Positions 51,012 through 60,949 of a DNA stretch of 64,000 bases are shown in pieces (the stretch's first letter is position 1; each line of letters begins with the position of its first letter). This DNA comes from Gammaproteobacteria bacterium (lineage in GTDB: Bacteria > Pseudomonadota > Gammaproteobacteria > Eutrophobiales > Eutrophobiaceae): NCBI GenBank assembly GCA_965222155.1, contig CBDCTH010000012.1:1760001-1824000 (forward strand). The letters run 5' to 3'. Made by a program: the position numbers and the translations under genes. The notes under the pieces are model-generated. The model searched no databases, was not told the DNA's origin, and was given only the letters and a program-made list of their open reading frames with translations.

Positions 51012-51538
51012 CATTTTTCAGCATTGAATTTATCGAAGCCTCTGCATAACAGCGAATATCCTTAATAGCACCTCGCTGGTCTATACACTCAGTTACAGGG
51101 GGAGTCGAGAGTGAGCAATGAAGCTGCTTCCATCGAAACAGGCGGAAGGTGCTTTATACACACTTGCACGAGAAATTAATTCGGCGGGAAATATTGCTGA
51201 TAAATGCACGTCAACTGAATAAATAACATATTACAAAAAAATTAAAAAGTCATCGGAGTTTTGACTTTAAATTACATTTTAATCTGTTTTGTAATGTTTG
51301 CACATAATAAAAGGGGATCATCAGACAAGACTTGAATGGAAGAATTTAAAGCTTATTTCGATGCTTAATGTAGATTATTGACTGGATATACCCTGAATTT
51401 CTATGAATTTGACATATTCAACCTTTTATGAAAAATTATTTTATATGAATTTTACCACCAGCCTAGAGTAGAAAAATTTTCTTCTTGGGGTTATTGGGGT
51501 TATTATCTATCGGGAAAGAGGTAAAGGAAGATGATGCG

Positions 51539-51565
51539 ACTGGATTTCCGCTTGCACGGGAATAG
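51539..51565. repeat. Degenerate single CGTC-type REP arm
   Basis: ACTGGATTTCCGCTTGCACGGGAAT. Confidence 0.5.
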
Positions 51566-51711
51566 CTTCGGAAGCGCTGAAGCGACGGGGAAATGTCTGC
51601 TTCAAGTTGCCATCGAGCAGAGGAACCATTACTGCTCAGTAGAAAATCGTAGTGACTTTACAATCAGAGAATGATTATTTTCATATTTTATCATCTCAAA
51701 TCAGTATTGCT

Positions 51712-52632
51712 ATGGCGAAAAACTCTATAAAGTTTTCAACAAAGGATGTAAACCACGCTACGGATTTCCTTTCTGTTGTAAGGCAGGCTTACCCTACCTT
51801 AAGCAAGTCTGATAAAAAGATTGCACAATTCTTATTGGAAACACCTGAGCGCTTTGCCAATGCCAGCGTCAAGGACGTTTCCAATATAGCTGGTGTCAGT
51901 GACGCAACCGTTGTCCGGTTTGGCAGAAATCTGGGCTGTGGCGGCTTTAAAGATCTGAAAATCCTGCTGGTTAAGCACTTGGCCACAAAGCAAGCACTGG
52001 CCGATGCCGGGAATGCACCGGTGGACTTGTCAACAGGGTCGTTTGTCGACCGAATCCACCGCTCTGCTTTAACCGTGCTGGAACAAGCCGCCCGTCACAT
52101 CAAACCGGATAAACTCGATGAGGCCGCACAGATTATCCATCAGGCACGGCGGGTGTTTATCTATGGCACCGGTGGCAGCTCCGGTATTTTAGCCGCCGAG
52201 TTACACAATAGATTATTTCGCCTGAATATCATGGCCACCCCGTTCACTGATAATTATTTGCAACGCATGTCAGCATCAACACTCACTGCGGCGGATGCGA
52301 TCATCATCCTCTCTTCCACCGGCCGGCCTCGTTCCTTACAGGATAGTATGGAACTGGCACAACACTACGGCGCCAAATGCGTGGCCATCACCGACGAAAG
52401 CAGTGTCTTGTCGGTGCAAGCCGATGTCTGTATTCACGTAGAACTAAGCCAGTTCGGTGTCGCACATAATCAACCCAATCCCATGCGCTTCGCACAACTC
52501 TTTGCCATTGATTGTCTTTGTTACCAGGTCGCATCATTACTTGGTGATGAGGCCGAGAAATCCCTCCAGCGAGTGCGCGCCAGCGTCGCTTCCCTGCATG
52601 GCATCGTCCCACAACAGCCTATCGGCGATTAG
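51712..52632 (+). CDS. MurR/RpiR-family transcriptional regulator
   Basis: HTH VSDATVVRF..LG..GFKDLK and SIS domain YGTGGSS, SSTGR. Start uncertain (51652 or 51712). Confidence 0.9.
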   Translation: MAKNSIKFSTKDVNHATDFLSVVRQAYPTLSKSDKKIAQFLLETPERFANASVKDVSNIAGVSDATVVRFGRNLGCGGFKDLKILLVKHLATKQALADAGNAPVDLSTGSFVDRIHRSALTVLEQAARHIKPDKLDEAAQIIHQARRVFIYGTGGSSGILAAELHNRLFRLNIMATPFTDNYLQRMSASTLTAADAIIILSSTGRPRSLQDSMELAQHYGAKCVAITDESSVLSVQADVCIHVELSQFGVAHNQPNPMRFAQLFAIDCLCYQVASLLGDEAEKSLQRVRASVASLHGIVPQQPIGD

Positions 52633-52676
52633 CGCAAAGGGGTCAAGCTTAATGTAAAGACGATAACCTCTTAATC

Positions 52677-54368
52677 ATGGCGACACAGTTGGATAATATC
52701 GGCGAGTTACTGGTCAAGGACAGTAAGTTGCAGCAGGCTGACCTGGAACGGGCTCTGATAGTCAACAACAATAACGGTGTGGGCATCGGTTCTTTATTGG
52801 TGCGTCTGGGCTTGGTTTCAGATAAAGACTTGCTATCCACCTATGCCAAGCGATATGTGCTTCCTGTCTTGCAGGATGATGAATTTCCCGATGCGCCCGT
52901 GGATAACAGCGCCCTTTCAGTCAAGTTCTTAAAAGCAGTGAACGTGGTGCCCATCAGCGAGGAGGACGACCAGATTACTATTGCCATCACGGATCCAGAA
53001 GATCATTTTGCTATTCAGGCGGTAGAAATGGCCTGTGGCAAATCCGTGGTCATAAAACTGGCTACCATCACCCAAGTGGAACGTGCCTTGGACCAACTTT
53101 ATGGTGGGGGTAAATCCATGATGGAGGACATCGTCGAAGAAATTCAAACGGAAGACAACCGGGCGCAGGTCGATTCCATAGAACGCTTACGCGATCTGGC
53201 CGCGGAGGCGCCTATTATCCGCCTGGTGAACTTAATTATCAACCGTGCAGTGGCATTACGCGCATCCGATATTCATATCGAACCGTTTGAGAACCAGTTG
53301 AAGGTGCGTTATCGCATTGACGGCGTCCTGCAGGAGGGCGAGGCACCACCGGCACGCTCCACCGCGGCGGTCATCTCCCGCGTCAAGATCATGGCGAAAC
53401 TGAATATCGCCGAACGGCGTTTGCCCCAGGACGGCCGCATCCAGATACGGGCACAAGGCAAATTGATTGATCTGCGGGTCTCGACCGTGCCGACGTTATA
53501 CGGTGAGAGCCTGGTCTTGCGCATTTTAGACAAGGGACAGGTTGAATTAGCCCTGAGCGCGCTGGGTTTCGACAAAGCCGCGGCGCAACGTTTCCAGGAC
53601 ATTCTGGCGCTGCCGCACGGTATTATCCTGGTCACCGGGCCGACCGGCAGTGGCAAGACCACCACCTTGTATGCCGCCTTGCAGACGTTGAACACCTCCG
53701 AGAAGAAAATTCTCACGGTGGAAGACCCGGTGGAATATCAACTGGAAGGGATTAACCAGATCCAGGTAAAACCCCGGATCGGGTTGAATTTCGCCGGCGC
53801 GCTACGCGCCATTGTCCGACAAGATCCTGACATTATCATGATCGGTGAGATGCGTGATTTTGAAACAGCGCGCATTGCCGTGCAATCGGCCCTCACTGGT
53901 CACTTGGTTTTTTCTACATTACATACGAATGACGCCAGCAGCTCGATTACCCGTTTACTGGACATGGGCATGGAAGACTACCTGCTTACCTCCACCTTGA
54001 ACGGGATTCTGGCGCAACGCCTGGTGCGCACATTGTGTCATACCTGCCGGGAACCCTATGTACCACTTCCCGCGTTGCTCGATGAATTGCAACTGAAGTG
54101 CTACGGCGGTGGCGAAGTGACATTATATAAGGCGATCGGCTGCGAGACCTGCGCCAACACCGGTTATCACGGTCGTACCGTGATCAGCGAATTACTTATC
54201 CTGTCCGACTCCATACGTCAATTGATCCTCTCTCACGCGGACGGTAATAAAATCCAGGATGCAGCGATTAATGCAGGTATGGACAGCATGAAAATTGACG
54301 GGTTGAAAAAAGCGCTGCAAGGGGTTACCACGATTGAAGAGGTCTCCCGGGTGACACAAGTACAGTAA
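52677..54368 (+). CDS. gspE: Type II secretion ATPase GspE
   Basis: Motifs ASDIHIEP, GPTGSGKTTT, TVEDPVEY, RQDPD, GEMRD, LHTN and the CxxC pair. Confidence 0.95.
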   Translation: MATQLDNIGELLVKDSKLQQADLERALIVNNNNGVGIGSLLVRLGLVSDKDLLSTYAKRYVLPVLQDDEFPDAPVDNSALSVKFLKAVNVVPISEEDDQITIAITDPEDHFAIQAVEMACGKSVVIKLATITQVERALDQLYGGGKSMMEDIVEEIQTEDNRAQVDSIERLRDLAAEAPIIRLVNLIINRAVALRASDIHIEPFENQLKVRYRIDGVLQEGEAPPARSTAAVISRVKIMAKLNIAERRLPQDGRIQIRAQGKLIDLRVSTVPTLYGESLVLRILDKGQVELALSALGFDKAAAQRFQDILALPHGIILVTGPTGSGKTTTLYAALQTLNTSEKKILTVEDPVEYQLEGINQIQVKPRIGLNFAGALRAIVRQDPDIIMIGEMRDFETARIAVQSALTGHLVFSTLHTNDASSSITRLLDMGMEDYLLTSTLNGILAQRLVRTLCHTCREPYVPLPALLDELQLKCYGGGEVTLYKAIGCETCANTGYHGRTVISELLILSDSIRQLILSHADGNKIQDAAINAGMDSMKIDGLKKALQGVTTIEEVSRVTQVQ

Positions 54369-54372
54369 TAAG

Positions 54373-55599
54373 ATGCCCACATTCAGGTACAAAGCGGTGT
54401 CAGCCAAGGGAGGGGACATCCGGCAGGGGGTGATTGAGGCTCCTTCCAGGGACGTGGCTATTGCCAATTTGCAAAGTGCGGGGCACCTGCCCATCAGCGC
54501 CGATGAGATTGGCGCCGGGCGTTCGTTTGACTTCATTCGCTTCCCGGTATGGCGGCAACGGGATAAGGTAACCCAAAAAGACGTGGTGCTCATTACCCGG
54601 GAACTGGCTACGCTGGTACAGGCCGGGCTGTCTCTGGAGCAGGCGCTACGGACTATAAGTCAGCTCAACCTGGCTGCGCCCGTACGACGGTTATTACATA
54701 ATTTATTGGAAAACATACAGGGCGGCATCAGCTTATCCGCTGCCATGGCAGAGCAGGCTGGCGTATTCAGCAATTTGTATATCAACATGGTCAGGGCCGG
54801 TGAGGCCAGCGGTGCCTTGGATGTCGTGATCAGTCGCTTGGCTGACTACCTGGAACGCATGTCGGAACTACGTGCCCACGTGATTACTGCCATGATCTAT
54901 CCCGCCATCCTGCTCGGGTTCTCTATTTTATCGTTACTTGTCTTGATGATGTTTGTGGTACCTGAATTTGTGCCCCTGTTTGAAGACGCAGGGCAAACCT
55001 TACCCTGGTTAACACAAGTGGTGTTTACGCTCTCCTCGCTGTTTCAGCAGTACTGGTGGGGCCTGTTGGTCCTGTTGACTGCTGCGGTGTGGTTTATGAA
55101 CAAACACCTGTCAGAGCCTGCTTATCGTCTGCGCTTTGACTCCTGGTGTTTACGTCTGCCCTATATCGGTGATGTCATTAAACAAATGGAAATGGCTCGA
55201 TTTTCACGTACCTTGAGTACGGCGCTGGGTAACGGTGTACCCTTGCTGACCGGTATCAGACTAGTTAAGGAGGTAATCGCTAATCAGCGGATTGCCAACG
55301 TCATGGAAACCGTGTTGATCAACCTTGAGCAAGGTCAATCCATGGCAAAGCCTATGAAAGATTCCCGTGTTTGTCCTGAGCTGGCGACTCAATTAATTGG
55401 GATTGGTGAGGCGAGCGGCCAGCTGGAAGCCATGCTGACGAAAATCGCGGATATCTATGATAAAGAGGTACAAGCCAGCATAAAGCGCCTGCTGACCATC
55501 CTGGAACCGGTAATGATTCTGGGTTTGGGTGCACTGATAGCGTTTATCATTGTTTCGGTCCTGCTGGCTGTTTTCAGTTTGAATGTACTTGTGGTTTAA
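54373..55599 (+). CDS. gspF: Type II secretion inner membrane platform protein GspF
   Basis: Motifs AGEASGAL, AMIYP, GEASGQL and LEP. Confidence 0.95.
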   Translation: MPTFRYKAVSAKGGDIRQGVIEAPSRDVAIANLQSAGHLPISADEIGAGRSFDFIRFPVWRQRDKVTQKDVVLITRELATLVQAGLSLEQALRTISQLNLAAPVRRLLHNLLENIQGGISLSAAMAEQAGVFSNLYINMVRAGEASGALDVVISRLADYLERMSELRAHVITAMIYPAILLGFSILSLLVLMMFVVPEFVPLFEDAGQTLPWLTQVVFTLSSLFQQYWWGLLVLLTAAVWFMNKHLSEPAYRLRFDSWCLRLPYIGDVIKQMEMARFSRTLSTALGNGVPLLTGIRLVKEVIANQRIANVMETVLINLEQGQSMAKPMKDSRVCPELATQLIGIGEASGQLEAMLTKIADIYDKEVQASIKRLLTILEPVMILGLGALIAFIIVSVLLAVFSLNVLVV

Positions 55600-55665
55600 T
55601 ACGTATCCGTCCTCAGTGGTTAAAAAACAATGGGCAAGAGATGGCGTAAGACGAATGACTGCCTG

Positions 55666-56124
55666 ATGAAAGACAACGTAAATTTTGGGCAATCAAGGCA
55701 TTTGCATACGCTTATTAAGCAAACAGGTTTCAGTCTCATTGAGTTGTTGGTTGTGTTAACCATTATTGCCTTACTCGGCGCCGTGGTGGGGCCGCAGGTA
55801 ATGAAACACCTGGGCAAAGCCAAAGCGGACACCACCAGGATGCAGGTTGAAGACCTCGGAGCGGCCCTGGATTTGTATTACCTGGACAATGGTCGCTACC
55901 CTGATTCCCGGGACGGGCTGGTCGCCTTGATTAATGCGCCTGCCGATGCGAGCCACTGGAACGGACCTTACCTGAAGAAGAAAAAAATCCCGCCCGACGC
56001 CTGGGGTAATGATTATCACTATGCCTCACCCGGGCAAAATGGGCCTTATGATTTGTATTCCTACGGGGCTGATAACGTTGCCGATGGCGAAGGCGAGGAT
56101 AGGGATATCGTCAGTTGGGAGTAA
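55666..56124 (+). CDS. gspG: Type II secretion major pseudopilin GspG
   Basis: GFSLIELLVV, GRYP, WNGPYL and DAWG. Start uncertain (55630 or 55666). Confidence 0.93.
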   Translation: MKDNVNFGQSRHLHTLIKQTGFSLIELLVVLTIIALLGAVVGPQVMKHLGKAKADTTRMQVEDLGAALDLYYLDNGRYPDSRDGLVALINAPADASHWNGPYLKKKKIPPDAWGNDYHYASPGQNGPYDLYSYGADNVADGEGEDRDIVSWE

Positions 56125-56135
56125 GTTAATCGGCA

Positions 56136-56615
56136 ATGAAATACCGTGCCAGACATCATTCCTCTGTGTCCTTCGTAGTTGAAAACGGTGTTACCTTGAT
56201 TGAGCTGCTGGTTGTATTGGGTATTTTGGCGCTGTTATTGGTCGTCGTCCCACCTTTACTGCCTCACGTGATTGAAAATACTCAGGTAAGAAGTGCAAAA
56301 CGTGAGCTGATTTCCGTACTGCGTTTTGCCCGGAGCCGGGCCGTCAGTTCACAACAGGCTGTGACACTTACTATCAACGTGCAGGAGGGAACGGTGGCGG
56401 TTGCCGGCAAACAGCGTGATTTATCGCTACCGGACGAGGTCAAACTCACCCTGGTCACGGCACAGCAGGAACAATTGTCAGCACATGAAGGGATGATTCG
56501 GTTTTACCCGGACGGCAGTTCAACCGGGGGGCAAGTGCGCTTCAGCCGGGGTGGGCAGATTTCTTCTATCGATGTGAACTGGTTGACCGGGCGGGTCAGC
56601 AGTACCGGGCAGTAA
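56136..56615 (+). CDS. gspH: Minor pseudopilin GspH
   Basis: GVTLIELLVV, IRFYPDGSSTGG and WLTG. Confidence 0.88.
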   Translation: MKYRARHHSSVSFVVENGVTLIELLVVLGILALLLVVVPPLLPHVIENTQVRSAKRELISVLRFARSRAVSSQQAVTLTINVQEGTVAVAGKQRDLSLPDEVKLTLVTAQQEQLSAHEGMIRFYPDGSSTGGQVRFSRGGQISSIDVNWLTGRVSSTGQ

Positions 56616-56616
56616 C

Positions 56617-57009
56617 ATGGTTCGTTCCTTGCGCGGTTTTTCCTTAATTGAAGTGCTGGTGGCGTTCTCTGTCACCGCCGTATCGTTAGGGATTGTCTTT
56701 CAAATCTATGCCAAAGGCGCTACCGCAACCGTCCTTGCCGGGGAGTATGCCCAGGCCCTGGCCATAGCTGAATCGAAGCTGGCCGGTGTTGCTGTCTTTC
56801 GAGCGATTGACGGTCTTGAGATACAAGGTAGAGAACTTAAAAAATATGACTGGGAAATCCGGGTTCAGGACTACACGAATGATGAGCAAGATGAAGATTT
56901 GTCGCCATTGTATACTCTGATGTCCGTTGAAGTAAACGTGAGTTGGCGAAGTAGGGGCAAATTACACCGGGTGGAGTTGCAAACGTTGAAACCGGTCATC
57001 AGTCGATGA
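56617..57009 (+). CDS. gspI: Minor pseudopilin GspI
   Basis: GFSLIEVLVAF and AESKL; operon position. Confidence 0.88.
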   Translation: MVRSLRGFSLIEVLVAFSVTAVSLGIVFQIYAKGATATVLAGEYAQALAIAESKLAGVAVFRAIDGLEIQGRELKKYDWEIRVQDYTNDEQDEDLSPLYTLMSVEVNVSWRSRGKLHRVELQTLKPVISR

Positions 57010-57665
57010 TGCACAAACAAACAGGTTTTACTTTACTGGAACTACTGGTTGGGACCGTATTATTCGGTTTCATATTAATTATGCTTTACAGCAGCCTGTT
57101 CTCAACCGGCCACCATTGGCGAGTGAGTGCAATTCATGCGCGTCAAAATGATGATAAACGTTTAATCCTGTCATTAATACGCCGGCTGATTAAGCAGACT
57201 TCACCGATGATTCAGCGAGACTCGGAAGGAAGCCGTCTGCTGTTCCAGGGAGATGATTCCTCTTTGATATTTGTGACGCATCTACCGGCGCACCATGCCG
57301 GGAGCGGGATATACTTCCTGAAATTTGAGGTACAGGATGATGAACTGTTACTCAAATACACGGCGTTGACAAGAGACAAGGCCATGTTCGAAGAGGACAT
57401 CTTTGTTGAGGCAGAAACTATCAACCTGTTAACGCATATTGAAGGGATTAACCTGTATTATTTCGGCCAGGATGCCGCGGACACTGAACCGACCTGGCAT
57501 GATGAGTGGAACAATAAAGTACAGTTACCTGAATTGGTACGCTTTCAGGTGATCACGGATCCTGGTAATCCATGGCCGGAATTATTGATTGCACTACGGT
57601 CTCAGGCAGTCCGGGGGCAACCGCAATTGACCCTGCCAAGAGAAGAAAGAGATGTCGAGAGTTAA
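57006..57665 (+). CDS. gspJ: Minor pseudopilin GspJ
   Basis: GFTLLELLV and W..EW....LP..V; operon position. Confidence 0.88.
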   Translation: MMHKQTGFTLLELLVGTVLFGFILIMLYSSLFSTGHHWRVSAIHARQNDDKRLILSLIRRLIKQTSPMIQRDSEGSRLLFQGDDSSLIFVTHLPAHHAGSGIYFLKFEVQDDELLLKYTALTRDKAMFEEDIFVEAETINLLTHIEGINLYYFGQDAADTEPTWHDEWNNKVQLPELVRFQVITDPGNPWPELLIALRSQAVRGQPQLTLPREERDVES

Positions 57666-58566
57666 GTCCGAACAGACCGGCATGGCGTTGGTGCTGGTGC
57701 TCTGGCTGCTGACGTTACTGACTATCCTGGCCGCTGGCTACAGTCATTCCATGCGCACCGAGACACAACTGACCATCCATGGGGTTGAATTGGCCAAGGC
57801 TCGTGCCATTGCCGAAGCCGGATTATGGCTGGCCGTGGCTGATTTGTTTAAACCGCAGTTACAGAGACAGTGGTTGACCGACGGTACGCTTTATCAACTT
57901 GACTTTAGTGAAAGCCAAATCCACCTGCGCATACAGGATGAAGCCGGAAGAATTGACCTGAATACGGCTGGTCATGCGCTCCTGCTCGGCCTGCTGGAGA
58001 AAGCCACACAGCCTGGTGATGACGTGGCCTTTATATTTAACGCTATCCTGGATTGGCGCGACCCGGATAAGCTACGGCGCGACCCGGGCGCCGAGGACAG
58101 TGACTATGAACACGTCGGTTATGGCGCCAAAGATGCGCTGTTCAACAGTATTGAGGAGTTAAGGCTGGTCGCCGGCATGACTAATGAGGTATATACAAAC
58201 ATCTACCCTGCTTTGACGATTCATTCATTGCAACCGGGAATCCATGCCATGGTGGCGCCCCGGGAAGTCTTGCTGGCCCTGCCCGGCAGTGACGTTGAAC
58301 TGGTTGATGCCTTTGTGCTTGCGCGCCGGAATACAGATGAAGTTGCGGCCCCGCCAGCGGGCATGGATAGACGTTATTTCAGTGGAGTCGGAGGGGTCAC
58401 TTTTACCATCACCAGTGAAGGGATGGCAGGCCGCAGCAAATTGAAACTGGACATGGTCATTACACTGAATAAGAACGCGAGGCCGCCCTATTCGGTGCTG
58501 TCATGGCGGGAGTCCAAACCGGCATACAACCCCCGGCAATCACAATCCGTCCGCGTCAACCGTTGA
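57652..58566 (+). CDS. gspK: Minor pseudopilin GspK
   Basis: GMALVLVLW, DEAGRIDLN, ILDWRD and EELRLVAG. Confidence 0.92.
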   Translation: MSRVKSEQTGMALVLVLWLLTLLTILAAGYSHSMRTETQLTIHGVELAKARAIAEAGLWLAVADLFKPQLQRQWLTDGTLYQLDFSESQIHLRIQDEAGRIDLNTAGHALLLGLLEKATQPGDDVAFIFNAILDWRDPDKLRRDPGAEDSDYEHVGYGAKDALFNSIEELRLVAGMTNEVYTNIYPALTIHSLQPGIHAMVAPREVLLALPGSDVELVDAFVLARRNTDEVAAPPAGMDRRYFSGVGGVTFTITSEGMAGRSKLKLDMVITLNKNARPPYSVLSWRESKPAYNPRQSQSVRVNR

Positions 58567-58577
58567 GTCCTTATCCA

Positions 58578-59651
58578 ATGACCGTCAAACAGCAGATCAA
58601 AGAGTTTTCAGCGTGGTGGTTGCAAGGCTTGTTGCTGCTGTTGCCCGAACGCTGGTTGGCCCGGTTGCATCATCATCCCGATACTGTGACAGTTGAACAA
58701 TGGGATAATACGTTTATCTTCAAGCACTACGACGGCCATGCCCGACAGTTGCGTGAAGAACGTACGATTTCCCTGGATGACGAACCGGAGCAGGCAGCCA
58801 TCAACCGTTGGCTTAACCAACAGGAAAACCCGCTCCATCTCATCCTGTTGTTGCCGCCGGATAAATGTTTGCAAAAACCACTCATTTATCCCTTGTCCTC
58901 CGAAAAGGAGTTGCGCGCTATTCTAGAATTTGAGATGGACAAACAAACGCCGTTTACCAATGAAAAAGTCTGTTTTGATTATACCATCACTCAAAGAGAT
59001 ACTACCAACAACCGACTCCGCATCATCCTGTACGTGGTCTTAACAGAAGTGTTACAAAAACTCTTGGGCGCATTGAATTTCCTGGATTTCAAACCGGCAA
59101 GAGCGACTGTTGGCCAGGACGGGATGGTGACGTGCATCAATTTCATGCCGGCGCCTGACAGCAGGGTGAACGGTGCACCCGACCGACGGCGATTGACGCG
59201 CCTGGCGTGGATCATGTTTATCCTGTTTATGGTGTCGCTTTATGTGCCGTTACTCCGGCATGCTGATATAATCGAACAATTTGAGGAACAGGTGGAACAA
59301 AGCAAAGCGCAGGTTATGCAGGCCCGGATACTCAGCAACAAAAAGCAAACCATCCTGGCGCGGGTAGACTTCTTATCCTATCAAAGTCAACGCCATACTC
59401 CCACTATCCGGCTGCTCCAAGAGATTACTAAGCGCCTTCCGGACAACACCTGGATTCACCGGCTGGTCATCCGTGACGGTGAACTGCAGGTGCATGGTGA
59501 ATCGGATGTGGCCGCGTCAGTCATTCAACTTATGGAAGAATCGAACCACTTTGAACAGGTACAGTTTCGCTCACCGGTCACAAAAAATAATGCGACTGGT
59601 AAAGATCAGTTTCACCTTGCCACCAAGCTTAGCCTTGAGGAAAAGAAATGA
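58578..59651 (+). CDS. gspL: Type II secretion protein GspL (PilN-domain)
   Basis: WW..L..LLP, FEMDKQTPF, single TM, LPDNTWI and FRSP. Confidence 0.85.
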   Translation: MTVKQQIKEFSAWWLQGLLLLLPERWLARLHHHPDTVTVEQWDNTFIFKHYDGHARQLREERTISLDDEPEQAAINRWLNQQENPLHLILLLPPDKCLQKPLIYPLSSEKELRAILEFEMDKQTPFTNEKVCFDYTITQRDTTNNRLRIILYVVLTEVLQKLLGALNFLDFKPARATVGQDGMVTCINFMPAPDSRVNGAPDRRRLTRLAWIMFILFMVSLYVPLLRHADIIEQFEEQVEQSKAQVMQARILSNKKQTILARVDFLSYQSQRHTPTIRLLQEITKRLPDNTWIHRLVIRDGELQVHGESDVAASVIQLMEESNHFEQVQFRSPVTKNNATGKDQFHLATKLSLEEKK

Positions 59652-60226
59652 CCCTGACCCCATGGCAACACGCAACGCTTTCCGTCGGTCTCACGCTGGT
59701 AGTAACAGGACTGCTCTTTTTTATCCTGGTATCGCCGGCATTATCGGGGCGGGCAGCATATCAGGAACGCCTGGAAGCATTGCAGTTTCAACTGCAAAAC
59801 TTCAGTATGGCCGTCGAACAAACGTCCATCCTGGAAACAGAACTGGCCGCGCTGGCCAGTCGTGAAATCAACCAAGCCAACTTCTTGGAGCAAAAATCCC
59901 GCGCTCTTGCCGCGGCGGATTTACAACGCTTGTTGGACTTATTAATAGAAGAAACCGGGGGTATCTTAATCAGCACACAAGTGCTGCCAGACACCGGCAA
60001 TAACAGTATTTTTCCGGAAATAACCGTGAGCGTACACCTGCGGGGCGCCACCACATCATTACAAAAATTACTGTACAGGCTCGATTCAGGGCAGCCCCTG
60101 TTATTCATGGACAACCTGCTCATCCAGAAACGACGGCGGGAGGATGAGCGTGGCCGGCGCGCTGCCCACCAACTGAACATCCGTTTTGACGTGACCGCGT
60201 TCATCTATCGACCCGAAGCCTCATGA
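59648..60226 (+). CDS. gspM: Type II secretion protein GspM
   Basis: N-terminal TM, ALAAADLQ and PLLFMDNL; operon position. Confidence 0.85.
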   Translation: MTLTPWQHATLSVGLTLVVTGLLFFILVSPALSGRAAYQERLEALQFQLQNFSMAVEQTSILETELAALASREINQANFLEQKSRALAAADLQRLLDLLIEETGGILISTQVLPDTGNNSIFPEITVSVHLRGATTSLQKLLYRLDSGQPLLFMDNLLIQKRRREDERGRRAAHQLNIRFDVTAFIYRPEAS

Positions 60227-60849
60227 GCAACCTTAACCCATGGGCATTACGTTTCTTCCAAGGCATCCTGATTGCCTTGTGCGGGATATTTTCCGGTTAT
60301 ACTCTCTATGAGCTGGTCCGCCCCTATCCACTGTCTTCTTCGGCGCTGTCGATTGAACCGGATAAACAAACCGTGGTCAAAACACAAACTGTGACCAACA
60401 GCCCCGTCGCACCACTGGAGACATTTTCAGAGATTATTGAACGGCCGTTGTTCATGGAAAACCGGCGTCCCTTTGTGCCGCCTGTCTCGACAGGGTCAAA
60501 AGAATCGAAAAGACCACGCCAGGCTGAGCCGGATATCTCAACGCAGATTTCATTGTCCGCGATTGTGATCGCGGACGAAAAAGGCATAGCATTAATAGAG
60601 AACAAGAGGGACAGGAAGCTACAAAAACTCCAGCTGGGAGAGACCTACAACGGCTGGACCTTGTCCGACATTCAAGCCAACCATATTGCCATGCAAAAAG
60701 GACCGGAAACCAGACAGATAAAGCTTGTCGTGAAACCATCCCGGCCCGGCTCGCGGGCACAGCAGGAGACGAAGCCTGCGGATGCCGAAAAGCAATTCAG
60801 GATAGCCTCGCCGGAAAATGTAGCGGAAAATGGTGATGATGACGAGTAA
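60223..60849 (+). CDS. gspN: Type II secretion protein XpsN/GspC-like
   Basis: N-terminal TM, ERPLF...RRP and GETYNGWTL; lies between gspM and gspD. Confidence 0.65.
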   Translation: MSNLNPWALRFFQGILIALCGIFSGYTLYELVRPYPLSSSALSIEPDKQTVVKTQTVTNSPVAPLETFSEIIERPLFMENRRPFVPPVSTGSKESKRPRQAEPDISTQISLSAIVIADEKGIALIENKRDRKLQKLQLGETYNGWTLSDIQANHIAMQKGPETRQIKLVVKPSRPGSRAQQETKPADAEKQFRIASPENVAENGDDDE

Positions 60850-60949
60850 TCCAGACATATTCAGTGTTGTTAGTAATTTTCTTTGTTTATACCCGAATGC
60901 TTATATATACTGAATTGACGAAGACAATCAGAATGACGATGGACTTTGT

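Noticed and set aside
51045-51100. Possible integron attC after the toxin gene (GCATAAC ... GTTAC)
   Set aside because: No complementary R'/L boxes or extended palindrome, and no integrase in the window.
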